Below are positions 1 through 9,178 of a stretch of 64,000 bases of DNA, one piece after another. This stretch comes from an uncultured delta proteobacterium. Its GTDB lineage: Bacteria; Myxococcota_A; Polyangia; Haliangiales; Haliangiaceae. The translations under genes and the position numbers were made by a program. Location: contig CAWKDB010000010.1 of NCBI GenBank assembly GCA_963848295.1, forward strand, positions 704,001-768,000, in the 5' to 3' direction. Below the pieces are notes generated by a model that was not told the DNA's origin, made no database searches, and saw only the letters and a list, made by a program, of their open reading frames with translations. Within the stretch, counting starts at the first letter, position 1, and every line of letters begins with the position of its first letter.

Positions 1-283
1 CGGGATCCGGGTAGACGTACCAGCGCACCGTGCCGGAGTAGTGGATGACCGAGTTCCACGTGACGCTCGGGGCGAGGATCCACTCGGTGTTGCCGGTCTC
101 GCACACGTGAAGGAGAATCGGCATCGCACCCCAGGTGTTGCCCTCGTTCGGCGAGGTCGACCACACCGGCAGCCCGAGGACCTTGGTCTTCGAACCCGCG
201 GCGCAGTCGGCGCGGGCTGGTCTGGCCGCGAGCAGCGCGCATCCGAGCGCGAGCGCCGCCGGGATGCTGGACTTGGCGGCCAC
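1..283 (-). CDS. Omp85/BamA-TamA-like outer membrane protein, N-terminal part only (runs off window start)
   Basis: Manual translation from GTG at 283: MAAKSSIPAALALGCALLAARPARA-DC...LPVWSTSPNEGNTWGAMPILL...WILAPSVTWNSVIHYSGTVRWYVYPD. Has a signal peptide and alternating beta-strand pattern; follows the squalene synthase stop in the same operon. Confidence 0.5.
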   Translation of the reverse strand, partial: MAAKSSIPAALALGCALLAARPARADCAAGSKTKVLGLPVWSTSPNEGNTWGAMPILLHVCETGNTEWILAPSVTWNSVIHYSGTVRWYVYPDP

Positions 284-297
284 GGTGCCCGCTGACG

Positions 298-1341
298 CTA
301 TCCGGTACCCGACTGTCGGCGTCCGCGGACGGCCAGCGGCCGATCGACCGTGATGCCGAGCGCGACCAGATCGTCTGCGCCGAGCGGCGCGGCGAGCGCG
401 TCGCAAAACCATGCGAACGACTCCGGCTTCGCGCGGCGAAGGTTCGGCGCGGGCAGCGGCAGCGGCGGCATGAGCTCGGCAAATTGCGCTGCCAGCGCAT
501 GGTTGTCTCCGGCGATCTGCGCGGTGCGCGCGAGCAGCTCGCCGGTCGCGGCACGCCGGCTTTGCTTCGGGCCGTCGAGGTTGGCGATCGTCGCCGCCCC
601 CATCATCAGGCACCATGCGCAGAACGTGCGATAGCCGAGGTCGTCGCGCGGCAGCGCTTGGAGATAGGCGAGCGCTCCGCGCGCGTCGCCCCGCAGGCTG
701 GCGAGCAGCTGGTCGCGGTCGGGCACGAAGAACCGACCCACCGCCTCGTCCTCGGCCTGATCCTTGAGGATGTTCACCTTCTGCAAGAACAACCCGAAGT
801 GATACGCGAGCCGGGGTGCCGGCGGAGCCTCTCGCCGCCCGAGCGCCCAGAGCTCGGTCAGCATCTCGCCCACCGTACCGGCGACGAAGCAGCAGTAGCG
901 CGCGACGTCCTCGACGTCGACCAACCGCAGCCGATCGGCGCGGCGGGTGTACGCCGCCATGCCGCTGGCCATGCGTTCGACCGTACCGAAGATCAGTAGG
1001 CGCGCCTCGGGGTCGAGCGCGTGGGCATCGTCGATCAAGGTCGCGGTGTGCGAGAGCAGCAAGCGCTCGTGATCGGTGAGCTGGTCGGGGAACCCCGCGA
1101 TGAACCCATCGACCTCGTCGTGGCGCGGCGGCCGGCGCAGGAACCCGCATAACCGTACGAACTGGCGCTGCTGGAGATCGCGGTCTTCGAACGGCGCGTC
1201 CTCGACGGTGTCGAGCACGCGCAGTAACAGGTACGCGAGCGCGACCCGGTCGCGAAACGGCGGGCTCAGCTGCGGAATGCACAGCGCGAAGCTGCGGCTC
1301 ACCGCATCGAGGAGCCGTTGATAGAGCGCGGGGGAGATCAT
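298..1341 (-). CDS. Squalene synthase (single-enzyme FDFT1-like squalene/phytoene synthase family)
   Basis: Motifs VSRSFA, YLLLRVLDTVED, YCCFVAGTVG, FGLFLQKVNILKD; ATG at 1341 overlaps the shc stop (ATGA). Confidence 0.88.
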   Translation of the reverse strand: MISPALYQRLLDAVSRSFALCIPQLSPPFRDRVALAYLLLRVLDTVEDAPFEDRDLQQRQFVRLCGFLRRPPRHDEVDGFIAGFPDQLTDHERLLLSHTATLIDDAHALDPEARLLIFGTVERMASGMAAYTRRADRLRLVDVEDVARYCCFVAGTVGEMLTELWALGRREAPPAPRLAYHFGLFLQKVNILKDQAEDEAVGRFFVPDRDQLLASLRGDARGALAYLQALPRDDLGYRTFCAWCLMMGAATIANLDGPKQSRRAATGELLARTAQIAGDNHALAAQFAELMPPLPLPAPNLRRAKPESFAWFCDALAAPLGADDLVALGITVDRPLAVRGRRQSGTG

Positions 1342-3281
1342 GCGCCACCTCCGATCGCCGCGCGATAGCGGCCGAGCGCGAGCAACGGAAAACAGTTGCG
1401 ATAGATGTGGTAGCGCAGCATGAAACCCGCGGACAGCTCGCGCCCCTGGCGGATCCGCGCGCCACGCTGCTCGCCGACGCCGTAGCCCGGGAACCCACAG
1501 CCGGTGAACTGCGACTCGTTCCACGCGCCGTCGTCACCCTGCGTGTTGCCGAGGAACGCGGCGGCACGACGCGCGACCGGCGTGTGCGCTCGACCGGCGG
1601 CGACCAACGCGAGCAGGGCCCACGCGGTTTGCGACGGGGTGCTCGGTCCGCGCCCGCGCAGATGAGGCACGACGTACGATTCGCAGCCTTCGCCGAAGCC
1701 GCCGTCGTAGTTCTGCCGCTCGACGAGCCAGCGCACCGCCCGCCGGGGGCGTAGGCCGTCCATCGGTTCGCCGACCGCGGCGAGCGCGGGCAGCACGGCG
1801 CCGACGCCGTAGATGTGGTTCACGCCCCAGCGGCCGAACCACGATCCCTCGGGCTCCTGTTGCGCGTAGAGATAGTCGAGCGCCCGGGACACCGCGGGGT
1901 GAGTGCGATCGTGGCCGAGCGCGCCGAGCATCTCGACCACGTGCGCCGTGACGTCCGGACTCGGCGGATCGATCATCTCGCCGAAGTCGGCGAACGGGAT
2001 CAGCGCGGGCAAGCGCGACGTGTTGTCCTTGTCGAACGCCGCCCAACCGCCGTTCGCGGATTGCATCGCCAAGATCCACCCGAGCGCTCGCTGGCGCGTC
2101 GCCTCGTCGAGCGCGCCGGCGCGATGCAGGCCGAGGATCACGACCGCGGTGTCGTCGATGTCGGGGTACAGATCGTTGTCGAACTCGAACGACCATCCGC
2201 TCGGCTCGATGTCCGCCACCGACATGCGCCAATCGCCCGCGACGCGAACCTCCTCGCCACGCACCCACCGTGCCGCGCGCTGGACCGTCGCATCGTCGGG
2301 TGCGATGCCCGACTCGAGCAGCGCCACGAGTGACAGCGCGGTGTCCCAGACCGGGGATAGGCACGCCTGCAATCGGAGCCGGCCGTCGCCGTGCCGCACC
2401 ATCCAGCGATCGTGCATCCCGGTCAGGCCCTTGCGGATCGGCGAGTCCGTCGGGCGGTAGCCGAGCGCGCTCAGCGCCATCAACGAGTACACGGTCGGCG
2501 GCTGGATCCCACCCCAGCTGCCATCCGCCTCCTGATGACCGAGGATCCAATCCTCGGCGGCGGTGCGGGCGCGAGCGCGCAACGGATGCCACGGCAACCA
2601 TGCGTACGCGCGCAGCGCGAGATCGACGGCGTGAAACACACGATCGATGGCATCGCGCGGGCGCCGCGGCGCCGGACCGGGGACGCGGAGCTCCGGGATC
2701 CGCGCCCACTCGGGCAGCGGTCGCACCGGTCGATCGTTCATCAGGATCAGCAAGGGCACGACCGTCGCGCGCGCCCACGACGAGAACCGATAGATGCTCG
2801 CCGCCGAGTGCGCGGGAACCAGCATGAGCTCGATCGGCATCGCCGGCAGATCGGTCCAGCTCCACTCGCCACACAACGCGAGCCAGATCTGCGTGAAGAT
2901 CCGCGCCGACGCGACCCCGCCGCGCGCGATGATGAACTCGCGAGCGGGCTCCAGGTGCGGTCCGGAATCGCCGGCGAGCTTGAGCGCGACGTAGCACTCC
3001 AGCGTGGTCGACAGATCGCCGGGCGCGCCCTCGTACATGCCCCAGGTCCCGTCCAGGCGTTGGTAGCTGCGGATGTCTCGCGCGACCCCGCGCCAGATCG
3101 AGTCGTCGCGCGTGCCGAGGAACTGGCTCATCAGGATGTACTCGGCGTCCATCGTCGCGTTCGATTCGAGCTCGGCCCACCAGTAGCCGTCGGCGAACTG
3201 CGCGCCGCGAAACCAGCCGCGCGAGCGTTCGACGACATCGGCGAGCTCGATCGGTGCGTGTTCGGTGCGTGAGGTGACCAT
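1338..3281 (-). CDS. shc: Squalene-hopene cyclase
   Basis: DIDDTA (DxDD) catalytic motif, QW repeats (QEADGSW, QEPEGSW, QNYDGGF), WFGRWGVNHIYG. Confidence 0.97.
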   Translation of the reverse strand: MVTSRTEHAPIELADVVERSRGWFRGAQFADGYWWAELESNATMDAEYILMSQFLGTRDDSIWRGVARDIRSYQRLDGTWGMYEGAPGDLSTTLECYVALKLAGDSGPHLEPAREFIIARGGVASARIFTQIWLALCGEWSWTDLPAMPIELMLVPAHSAASIYRFSSWARATVVPLLILMNDRPVRPLPEWARIPELRVPGPAPRRPRDAIDRVFHAVDLALRAYAWLPWHPLRARARTAAEDWILGHQEADGSWGGIQPPTVYSLMALSALGYRPTDSPIRKGLTGMHDRWMVRHGDGRLRLQACLSPVWDTALSLVALLESGIAPDDATVQRAARWVRGEEVRVAGDWRMSVADIEPSGWSFEFDNDLYPDIDDTAVVILGLHRAGALDEATRQRALGWILAMQSANGGWAAFDKDNTSRLPALIPFADFGEMIDPPSPDVTAHVVEMLGALGHDRTHPAVSRALDYLYAQQEPEGSWFGRWGVNHIYGVGAVLPALAAVGEPMDGLRPRRAVRWLVERQNYDGGFGEGCESYVVPHLRGRGPSTPSQTAWALLALVAAGRAHTPVARRAAAFLGNTQGDDGAWNESQFTGCGFPGYGVGEQRGARIRQGRELSAGFMLRYHIYRNCFPLLALGRYRAAIGGGA

Positions 3282-3282
3282 G

Positions 3283-4257
3283 TCAGTTCCTTTCCGCTCG
3301 TGGCAGCGAGCTCTGCGCGAACCACCGCACCGCCTTCTCGAGCGCGGTCCGGATCGGGGTCTGAGGGAGTCCGAGCTCTCGAACGGCGCGCGCGCTGCTC
3401 GCGAAGCGGACCTCGTGTGCCGTCCGTACGCCCTCGACCGGCACGCGGCTGCCGCCGAACAGCGTCGCGATATGCGCCAGCGCGAGCGCGAGCCCGTAGG
3501 GCAGCTTCAGCCGCGGCGCCTCGCGACCGGACAGCTCGGCGAGCAACTCGAGCAACTCGCGCATCGTGACGTTCGCGTTGCCGAGGATGTAACGCTCGCC
3601 GCGCGTGCCGCGCTCGAAGGCGAGCCAGTGGCCCTCGGCGACATCGTCGACGTCGACGACGTTCATCCCGGTCTCGACATACGCGGGGAGCCGGCCGCGC
3701 AAGAAGTCCGCGATCATCTGACCGGTCGGCGTCGGCTTGATATCGCCCCAGCCGACCGGGAACGTCGGATTGACGATCACCGCGTCGAGCCCGCGCCTGA
3801 CCTCGTCGATCACGAGCTGCTCGGCGCGCAGCTTGCTCTCCTTGTACGGGCCGGCCGCGGGTCCGGTCGCGTGCTGCTGCTCGTCGGGGACCGCGCCATC
3901 TCGCACGCCGCCGATCGTCGAGATGCTCGACGTGTGGATCACCCGAGCCCCCGCGGTGCGCGCGGCGGCGAGCACGTGGCGCGTCCCGCCGACGTTGATC
4001 GCATCGAGCTCACCCGCGTCGGCCGCGAACGAGTAGCACGCGCCGACGTGAAAGATCGCATCGCAGCCCTGCGCCGCGACGCGGACCGACCACAGGTCGC
4101 GAAGATCGCCACGCACCGGCTCCACCGCGGCGGGGATCGGCACGTTCGGGGCGGTGCCCGGGCGAAGCAACACGCGCACCTTGACGCCTCGGGTCAACAG
4201 CGTCCGGGTGACGGCGCCGCCGATGAACCCGCTCGCGCCGGTGACGAGTGCCCTCAC
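3283..4257 (-). CDS. hpnA: Hopanoid-associated NAD-dependent epimerase/dehydratase
   Basis: ALVTGASGFIG Rossmann motif, YKESK, VNPTFPVGWGDIKPTPTG; GTG at 4257 overlaps the upstream stop. Confidence 0.9.
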   Translation of the reverse strand: MRALVTGASGFIGGAVTRTLLTRGVKVRVLLRPGTAPNVPIPAAVEPVRGDLRDLWSVRVAAQGCDAIFHVGACYSFAADAGELDAINVGGTRHVLAAARTAGARVIHTSSISTIGGVRDGAVPDEQQHATGPAAGPYKESKLRAEQLVIDEVRRGLDAVIVNPTFPVGWGDIKPTPTGQMIADFLRGRLPAYVETGMNVVDVDDVAEGHWLAFERGTRGERYILGNANVTMRELLELLAELSGREAPRLKLPYGLALALAHIATLFGGSRVPVEGVRTAHEVRFASSARAVRELGLPQTPIRTALEKAVRWFAQSSLPRAERN

Positions 4258-5273
4258 CGCCCGCCCTCGACCGGCACGAGCTCGCCGCCGACGAGCGCCA
4301 ACGACCGGACCGCGATCTCGAGCGACCGCGCCGCCGCGCGAGCCGCCACCGCGAGGCGCCACAACTCGAGCACGGCACGCCGGCCGTGCAACGCGTGGCG
4401 CAGCACCGGGCGAAGGTAGCTGTGGTGCGCAGTTCGGGTGAACGCGGGCAGCGGCGTGTCGAGCGAATCGACGATGACCCGCAGCGCGAGCCACGGGATC
4501 CCCGCCGACCGCGCGGCATCCGCGACGCACCAGCTCTCGAGATCGATCGCGAGCCTGCCCGCGCGGAAGTGGGCGCGTTTGTCCGCGCTCGATGTCGCGA
4601 CGTCGGTCGCGGTCAGCACCTCGCCGACGTACAGCTTGACTCGGCTGGCGAGCTCGCGGCTCGCCGTACGCACGGTCGGGTCATCGGCGTCGATCCATTC
4701 GCCGAGCTCGTCGCAGACCGATGACGCCAAGACGACATCGCCCGGCCGCAACCGGGCATCGAGCGCGCCGGCGAACCCGCAGCTCAGGACGACGCCTGGG
4801 TGGTGCTCCGCGATCGCTCGCGCGGCGCCGCCGCCCATCCCGATCTCGCGCGCCAACGCCCGGACCGTTCCGAGCTGGCCGTCGACCGGGCCGCGCCACC
4901 GTGTCGAGCCGAGCCCGCGGGCGATCGCGGCGGTCTCGAACGGCAGCGCGGCGAGGATCAGCGCCGGTCGGTCGCTCCACGGTCCCCAGGCCGGCGTGTC
5001 GCTCGGCTCGAGCGTGCCGCGACGCCGTTCCCATCTCGCATGAGCTTCGGCGGCCGCGTCCGTTCCGGTGAGCTCGACCTCGCGGACCTCGTCGAGGGCG
5101 ATCCTGAGGCGACGCTCCGCCGCGGTGTCGAACAGCTCGACGTGGCTCGGACCGCGATCGTAGACGAAGCCGACGAGCTCGCTGCCGTCGCGGCAGCGTA
5201 CCGTCACGAACCCGCGATAGTCGAGCGCGCGGTCGACCTGCTCGGCGAGCTGCCCTCGTGATTGCGCGGTCAT
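4254..5273 (-). CDS. hpnG: Adenosylhopane nucleosidase/phosphorylase with an extra ~95-aa N-terminal domain
   Basis: C-terminal PNP/MTA-nucleosidase motifs (SCGFAGALD..LRPGDVV, IDLES, LRVIVD); ATG at 5273 overlaps the hpnH stop. Confidence 0.8.
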   Translation of the reverse strand: MTAQSRGQLAEQVDRALDYRGFVTVRCRDGSELVGFVYDRGPSHVELFDTAAERRLRIALDEVREVELTGTDAAAEAHARWERRRGTLEPSDTPAWGPWSDRPALILAALPFETAAIARGLGSTRWRGPVDGQLGTVRALAREIGMGGGAARAIAEHHPGVVLSCGFAGALDARLRPGDVVLASSVCDELGEWIDADDPTVRTASRELASRVKLYVGEVLTATDVATSSADKRAHFRAGRLAIDLESWCVADAARSAGIPWLALRVIVDSLDTPLPAFTRTAHHSYLRPVLRHALHGRRAVLELWRLAVAARAAARSLEIAVRSLALVGGELVPVEGGR

Positions 5274-6286
5274 CGCCGCCCCATCACCATCGACGCGACG
5301 GTCGAGCCGAGACCGCGAGCGGACCCGAACGTCTCGTTCACCGCGGTCGGTTCGAAGCCGCAATGCACCATGCAGTCGCGGCACCGCGGGTTTCCGCTGG
5401 CGTGGCCGTAGCTCGCCCAGTCGGTCTCGTCGATCAGCTCCTTGAACGTCCGCGCGTAGCCTTCTTGCAGCAGGTAGCAGGGCCGCTGCCAGCCGAAGAT
5501 GTTGTAGGTCGGGTTTCCCCACGGGGTGCAATCGAAGTCGCGCTTGCCCATGAGGAAGTCGAGGAACAGCGGCGACTGGTTGAACTGCCAGCGCCGATCC
5601 GGCGACCCCAGTACTTCGCTGAACAGGCGATGCGCGCGCTCGCGGCGCAGGAAGTGTGCCTGATCGGGCGCCTTGTCGTAGGAGTAGCCCGGCGACACCA
5701 TCATGCCCTCGACGCCGAGGTCCATCATCTCGTCGAAGAATCGGCGCACGCGCGCGGGATCCGCGCCGTCGAACAGCGTCGTGTTCGTGGTCACGCGAAA
5801 CCCGCGACCGACCGCGAGCCGGATCGCCGCGACCGCCGTGTCGTAGACGCCCTCGCGCGACACCGACAGGTCGTGCTCGCGTCGCGAGCCGTCCATGTGG
5901 ATGCTGAAGCTCAGGTGGGCGTCGGGCTCGAATTGATCGAGCTTGCTCGCGAGCAGCAACGCGTTCGTGCACAGGTAGACGAACCGCCGTTGCGTGGTCA
6001 GCCCGCGGACGATGTCGGCGATCTGCGGATGGAGCAGGGGCTCGCCGCCGGCGATGCTGACCATCGGCGCGCCGCACTCGTCCGCCGCTGCGAGGCAGTC
6101 GTCGACCGAGAGCTGCCTCTTGAGCAGCGCGCTCGGGTACTGGATCTTGCCGCAGCCGGTACACGATAGGTTGCAGCGAAACAGCGGCTCGAGCATGAGC
6201 ACGAGCGGATAGCGCTCGCGACCGGCGAGTCGCTGCTTCGCGACATAGCGTCCGACCGCCAACATCTGCGCGACTGGGATTCCCAT
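5270..6286 (-). CDS. hpnH: Adenosyl-hopene transferase (radical SAM)
   Basis: YPLVLMLEPLFRCNLSCTGCGKI (CxxxCxxC), CTPWGNPTYNIFGWQRPCYL, CRDCMVHCGFEPTAV. Confidence 0.96.
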   Translation of the reverse strand: MGIPVAQMLAVGRYVAKQRLAGRERYPLVLMLEPLFRCNLSCTGCGKIQYPSALLKRQLSVDDCLAAADECGAPMVSIAGGEPLLHPQIADIVRGLTTQRRFVYLCTNALLLASKLDQFEPDAHLSFSIHMDGSRREHDLSVSREGVYDTAVAAIRLAVGRGFRVTTNTTLFDGADPARVRRFFDEMMDLGVEGMMVSPGYSYDKAPDQAHFLRRERAHRLFSEVLGSPDRRWQFNQSPLFLDFLMGKRDFDCTPWGNPTYNIFGWQRPCYLLQEGYARTFKELIDETDWASYGHASGNPRCRDCMVHCGFEPTAVNETFGSARGLGSTVASMVMGRR

Positions 6287-6331
6287 ATTCGTCTCTAATT
6301 ACCGTCCCGACCTCGACCTGGCATCCGCCAT

Positions 6332-6348
6332 GATGAATATTTCTTCAT
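6332..6348. promoter_or_regulatory. Candidate TetR operator upstream of hpnH
   Basis: Imperfect palindrome GATGAATATTTCTTCAT; a near-copy lies at 8075-8091. Confidence 0.5.
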
Positions 6349-6432
6349 TTCGGCGAGCTTCGATTCATGCACGCTCCGGAGCGCGCCATCGCTGCACACC
6401 GAGCGATCGCGCACGCGCGCCAACGCCCGCTC

Positions 6433-7224
6433 CTACTCGGCGGTAGCGGTCTTCGCGAGTCCAGCGCGGGCCGCCACGATCCACTGCGCCGCGTCCGGGT
6501 TGCCGGTGCCATGTGCGGCGATCGCCAGTGCCAGCGCTCTGCCATAAGCCGTGCGGGCGCCGTCGCTCGCGCCGGTCGCGAGCAAGGCGTCGCCGAGCAC
6601 GAGCTGATTGTCCGTGGCGTCGGGCGCGACCGCGACCGCCGCGCGGGCTTCGTGCAAGCCCGCGTCGGGATCGCCGGGACCGAGCGGCCAGCTCGGCGCG
6701 CGCAGCAAGACCAACGCGAGCACGCGATGCGGCCCGCCGTCATCGAGCTCCGGCGAAGTGACGATCGCGCGGCGGAGCAACGCGATGATCTTGCCGATCG
6801 CGTCGTTGCCGGTCGACGGGCGCTCGCGCGCCTGCTGCCCTAGCGCGATCGCGAGTCGGTAGGCGCAGGCCGCGTCCGACGGTGCTCGCCGCACGCACAG
6901 CTGACCGACCTCGACCGCCTCGCCGACGAGTCGTTTCCGCACCTCACGAGGTTCGTGCTCGATCCTGAACGACATCGTCCGCAGCGCGCCGAGCAAGCCG
7001 GCGGTGGCGCGCGGGTCGGCGGCCGCGGCGTCGAGGTAAAGCCCCTGCGCGATCTCTGCCTGCCCTGGTTCGCGTCGCCGCGCCCAGGCGACGCCACCCT
7101 CGCGGATGAGGGTCTCCGCACTCCGACCCGCGGCGCGATGAGGTGCGAGCGCCGAGATCGGCCGCGGATCGTGCATGGCAGACGCGCACGCGGCGACCGC
7201 GAGCGTGACGACGGTACACCGCAT
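6433..7224 (-). CDS. TPR/TRAP-T-component-like lipoprotein (BstC-like)
   Basis: Lipobox-like LAVAAC; helical repeats; GGPHRVLALVLLRAPSWPLGPGD segment; ATG at 7224 overlaps the upstream stop (TGATG). Confidence 0.65.
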   Translation of the reverse strand: MRCTVVTLAVAACASAMHDPRPISALAPHRAAGRSAETLIREGGVAWARRREPGQAEIAQGLYLDAAAADPRATAGLLGALRTMSFRIEHEPREVRKRLVGEAVEVGQLCVRRAPSDAACAYRLAIALGQQARERPSTGNDAIGKIIALLRRAIVTSPELDDGGPHRVLALVLLRAPSWPLGPGDPDAGLHEARAAVAVAPDATDNQLVLGDALLATGASDGARTAYGRALALAIAAHGTGNPDAAQWIVAARAGLAKTATAE

Positions 7225-8072
7225 CACCGAGACGCGCTCGCGTAGAGCTGGTCGGCTGCGGTGAGCGCGGCGCCGTCGACCGGTCCGAAACGCGCGATCT
7301 GGATGGAGTCGAGCGCCGTCGCCGCCGCCTTGTCGGCTGCCATGCCGACGAGCGCGTGCTCGATCTTGCGCCATCTCGAATCCGAGATCCGCGCGTCGAC
7401 CGTGGCGACGACCGCGACGGGCATCGCCGGCGAGCGCGCGATCGCCTCGAGCTTCGCCGCGAACGGAAGCGTCGCGAGCGCGTCGCTCTGCGAGCCATCG
7501 AGCAGCACCGCGACCGGTTCGCCGTTGGCCGCGCGACGCAGCGCCGAGATCACCGCGCGCGTTTGCTCGAGCTTGACGTTCGCCGGCAACGCGCCGAGCG
7601 AAGCCTCGATCACGCCGCGGACGAATTTCGGGGCAAACGCCGCATTCGACGCGATCGTGAAACCGGCGAGCCCTTCGGCGGTCTTGACCCGACCCTTCTC
7701 GGCTACGAGGACCCAGCGATCGAGCACAGGGCGACCCTTCTCGACGACGCCGAGCCGCGCGTGGAGCCCGAGCTCGGTCCGGTGCTCGAGATAGAATGGT
7801 AGCGAGACCAGCCCGATGCCGGCGTCGGCGAGACGGGCGACGCCGCCCGCGTCCGACGGCTCGTAGACCGCGGTCAGCGGCACGCCCGACTTCGCCGTAG
7901 CCGCTGCCGCAAACTCGTCCATCGCGGCGCGCGCGTCGTCGGTCGAGCCCGGCGATCCGGGTGCGCACACGACGATGTTTGTTTCTGGAGCCGCCGAGGC
8001 GACCGATCCAGGACCCGCTGCCGCGACGCCGGCCGCGGCGACGATGCACCTCGAGATGAACGCAGCCTTCAT
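7224..8072 (-). CDS. PhnD/SsuA-like periplasmic substrate-binding protein (BstB-like)
   Basis: Signal peptide; VVCAPGSPGSTDDARAAMDEFA start; SBP-like size and alpha/beta pattern. Confidence 0.6.
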   Translation of the reverse strand: MKAAFISRCIVAAAGVAAAGPGSVASAAPETNIVVCAPGSPGSTDDARAAMDEFAAAATAKSGVPLTAVYEPSDAGGVARLADAGIGLVSLPFYLEHRTELGLHARLGVVEKGRPVLDRWVLVAEKGRVKTAEGLAGFTIASNAAFAPKFVRGVIEASLGALPANVKLEQTRAVISALRRAANGEPVAVLLDGSQSDALATLPFAAKLEAIARSPAMPVAVVATVDARISDSRWRKIEHALVGMAADKAAATALDSIQIARFGPVDGAALTAADQLYASASR

Positions 8073-8074
8073 GC

Positions 8075-8091
8075 GATGAATGTTTCCTCAC
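8075..8091. promoter_or_regulatory. Candidate TetR operator in the divergent promoter region
   Basis: GATGAATGTTTCCTCAC, 14/17 identical to the site at 6332-6348. Confidence 0.5.
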
Positions 8092-8238
8092 CCTCGCACA
8101 GCGTCAAGCGAGCGCTGGGGCGCGGTCGTCCGTGCGCGCTCGCCGCAACCGAGCGCGATCTCGCATCGCGCCTCACAAAGCGCGCGAGAGCGCGCGGGAG
8201 CGCCTTGACTGATCAACCCGCGGCGCTAGTTGCTGAGG

Positions 8239-9177
8239 ATGACCACCGTCGCCGCGTTCGAGCCACCGCATGGTCGTGCGCGCGAATGGCTGCTGCCGTC
8301 GCGCGACATGCACCGCGAGCTCGCTCTGCCTCTAGCCGGTGCAGCGTACGTCGTGCTCGTCGCGATTCTTGGTGGCCTCGGCCCGCAGCACGTATTCCTC
8401 GGATCGCTCGGGCTGCTCGATCTCTACAACGAGCGGTCGCGCCGGTTCTTGCGCACGTTCCTGCCGTTCATCGCGACCGGCATCGTCTTCGATTCGATGC
8501 GCTACTACTACTGGCCCGGCGTCGAGGGCCGAGTCCATGTCGCCGGCCCGTACGAGCTGGAGCGCGCGTGGTTCGGGATCGGCGGGCGCACCCTCAACGA
8601 GATCTTTCTCGAGCATCACTGGGCCGTCGCCGACCTCGTGGCCGGTTTCGCCTACCTCGTGTTCGTCGCCGAGTACGTCGCCCTCGCGATCCTGCTGTTC
8701 GCGCGCGGGCTCGATCGCTGCGCGAGCGTGTTCGCGAAGTGCTTCCTCGTCGTGAACGTGATGGGCTTCATCACGTACTTCGTCTATCCGGCGGCGCCTC
8801 CGTGGTACGTGACCGCGCACGGGCTCGGGCCGGCGAGCTCGATCGTCGCGACCTCGCCGGCCGCGGGCCAGCGCTTCGATCAGCTGCTCGGCACCCACGT
8901 GTTCGAGACGGTGTACGGGCACGGGATCGATGTATTCGGCGCGGTGCCCTCGCTCCATGTCGCGTATCCGTTCATCGCGGCGGTGCTCGCGTTCCGGTTC
9001 CGCGCGCTGCGCTGGGCGCGCTGGCCGGCCGCGGCGTTCGCCGTCGTGATGTGTTTCTCCGCGATCTACCTGCAGCACCACTACGTGCTCGATGTGCTGC
9101 TCGGCCTGAGCTACGGCGCGCTCGCGCTCGCCGCGGTCACGATGTGGGAGCGGCGCCACGGCGCGCCGGCGTGGTGA
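8239..9177 (+). CDS. Aur1/inositol-phosphorylceramide-synthase-like PAP2 phosphotransferase (start uncertain)
   Basis: Multi-TM protein; YPAAPPWY, FGAVPSLH and HHYVLD motifs typical of the Aur1/IPT1 group. Confidence 0.8.
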   Translation: MTTVAAFEPPHGRAREWLLPSRDMHRELALPLAGAAYVVLVAILGGLGPQHVFLGSLGLLDLYNERSRRFLRTFLPFIATGIVFDSMRYYYWPGVEGRVHVAGPYELERAWFGIGGRTLNEIFLEHHWAVADLVAGFAYLVFVAEYVALAILLFARGLDRCASVFAKCFLVVNVMGFITYFVYPAAPPWYVTAHGLGPASSIVATSPAAGQRFDQLLGTHVFETVYGHGIDVFGAVPSLHVAYPFIAAVLAFRFRALRWARWPAAAFAVVMCFSAIYLQHHYVLDVLLGLSYGALALAAVTMWERRHGAPAW

Positions 9178-9178
9178 C

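Noticed and set aside
1338..3281. Oxidosqualene (sterol) cyclase
   Set aside because: DxDD motif and hpnH/hpnG context indicate a squalene-hopene cyclase; no squalene epoxidase in the window.
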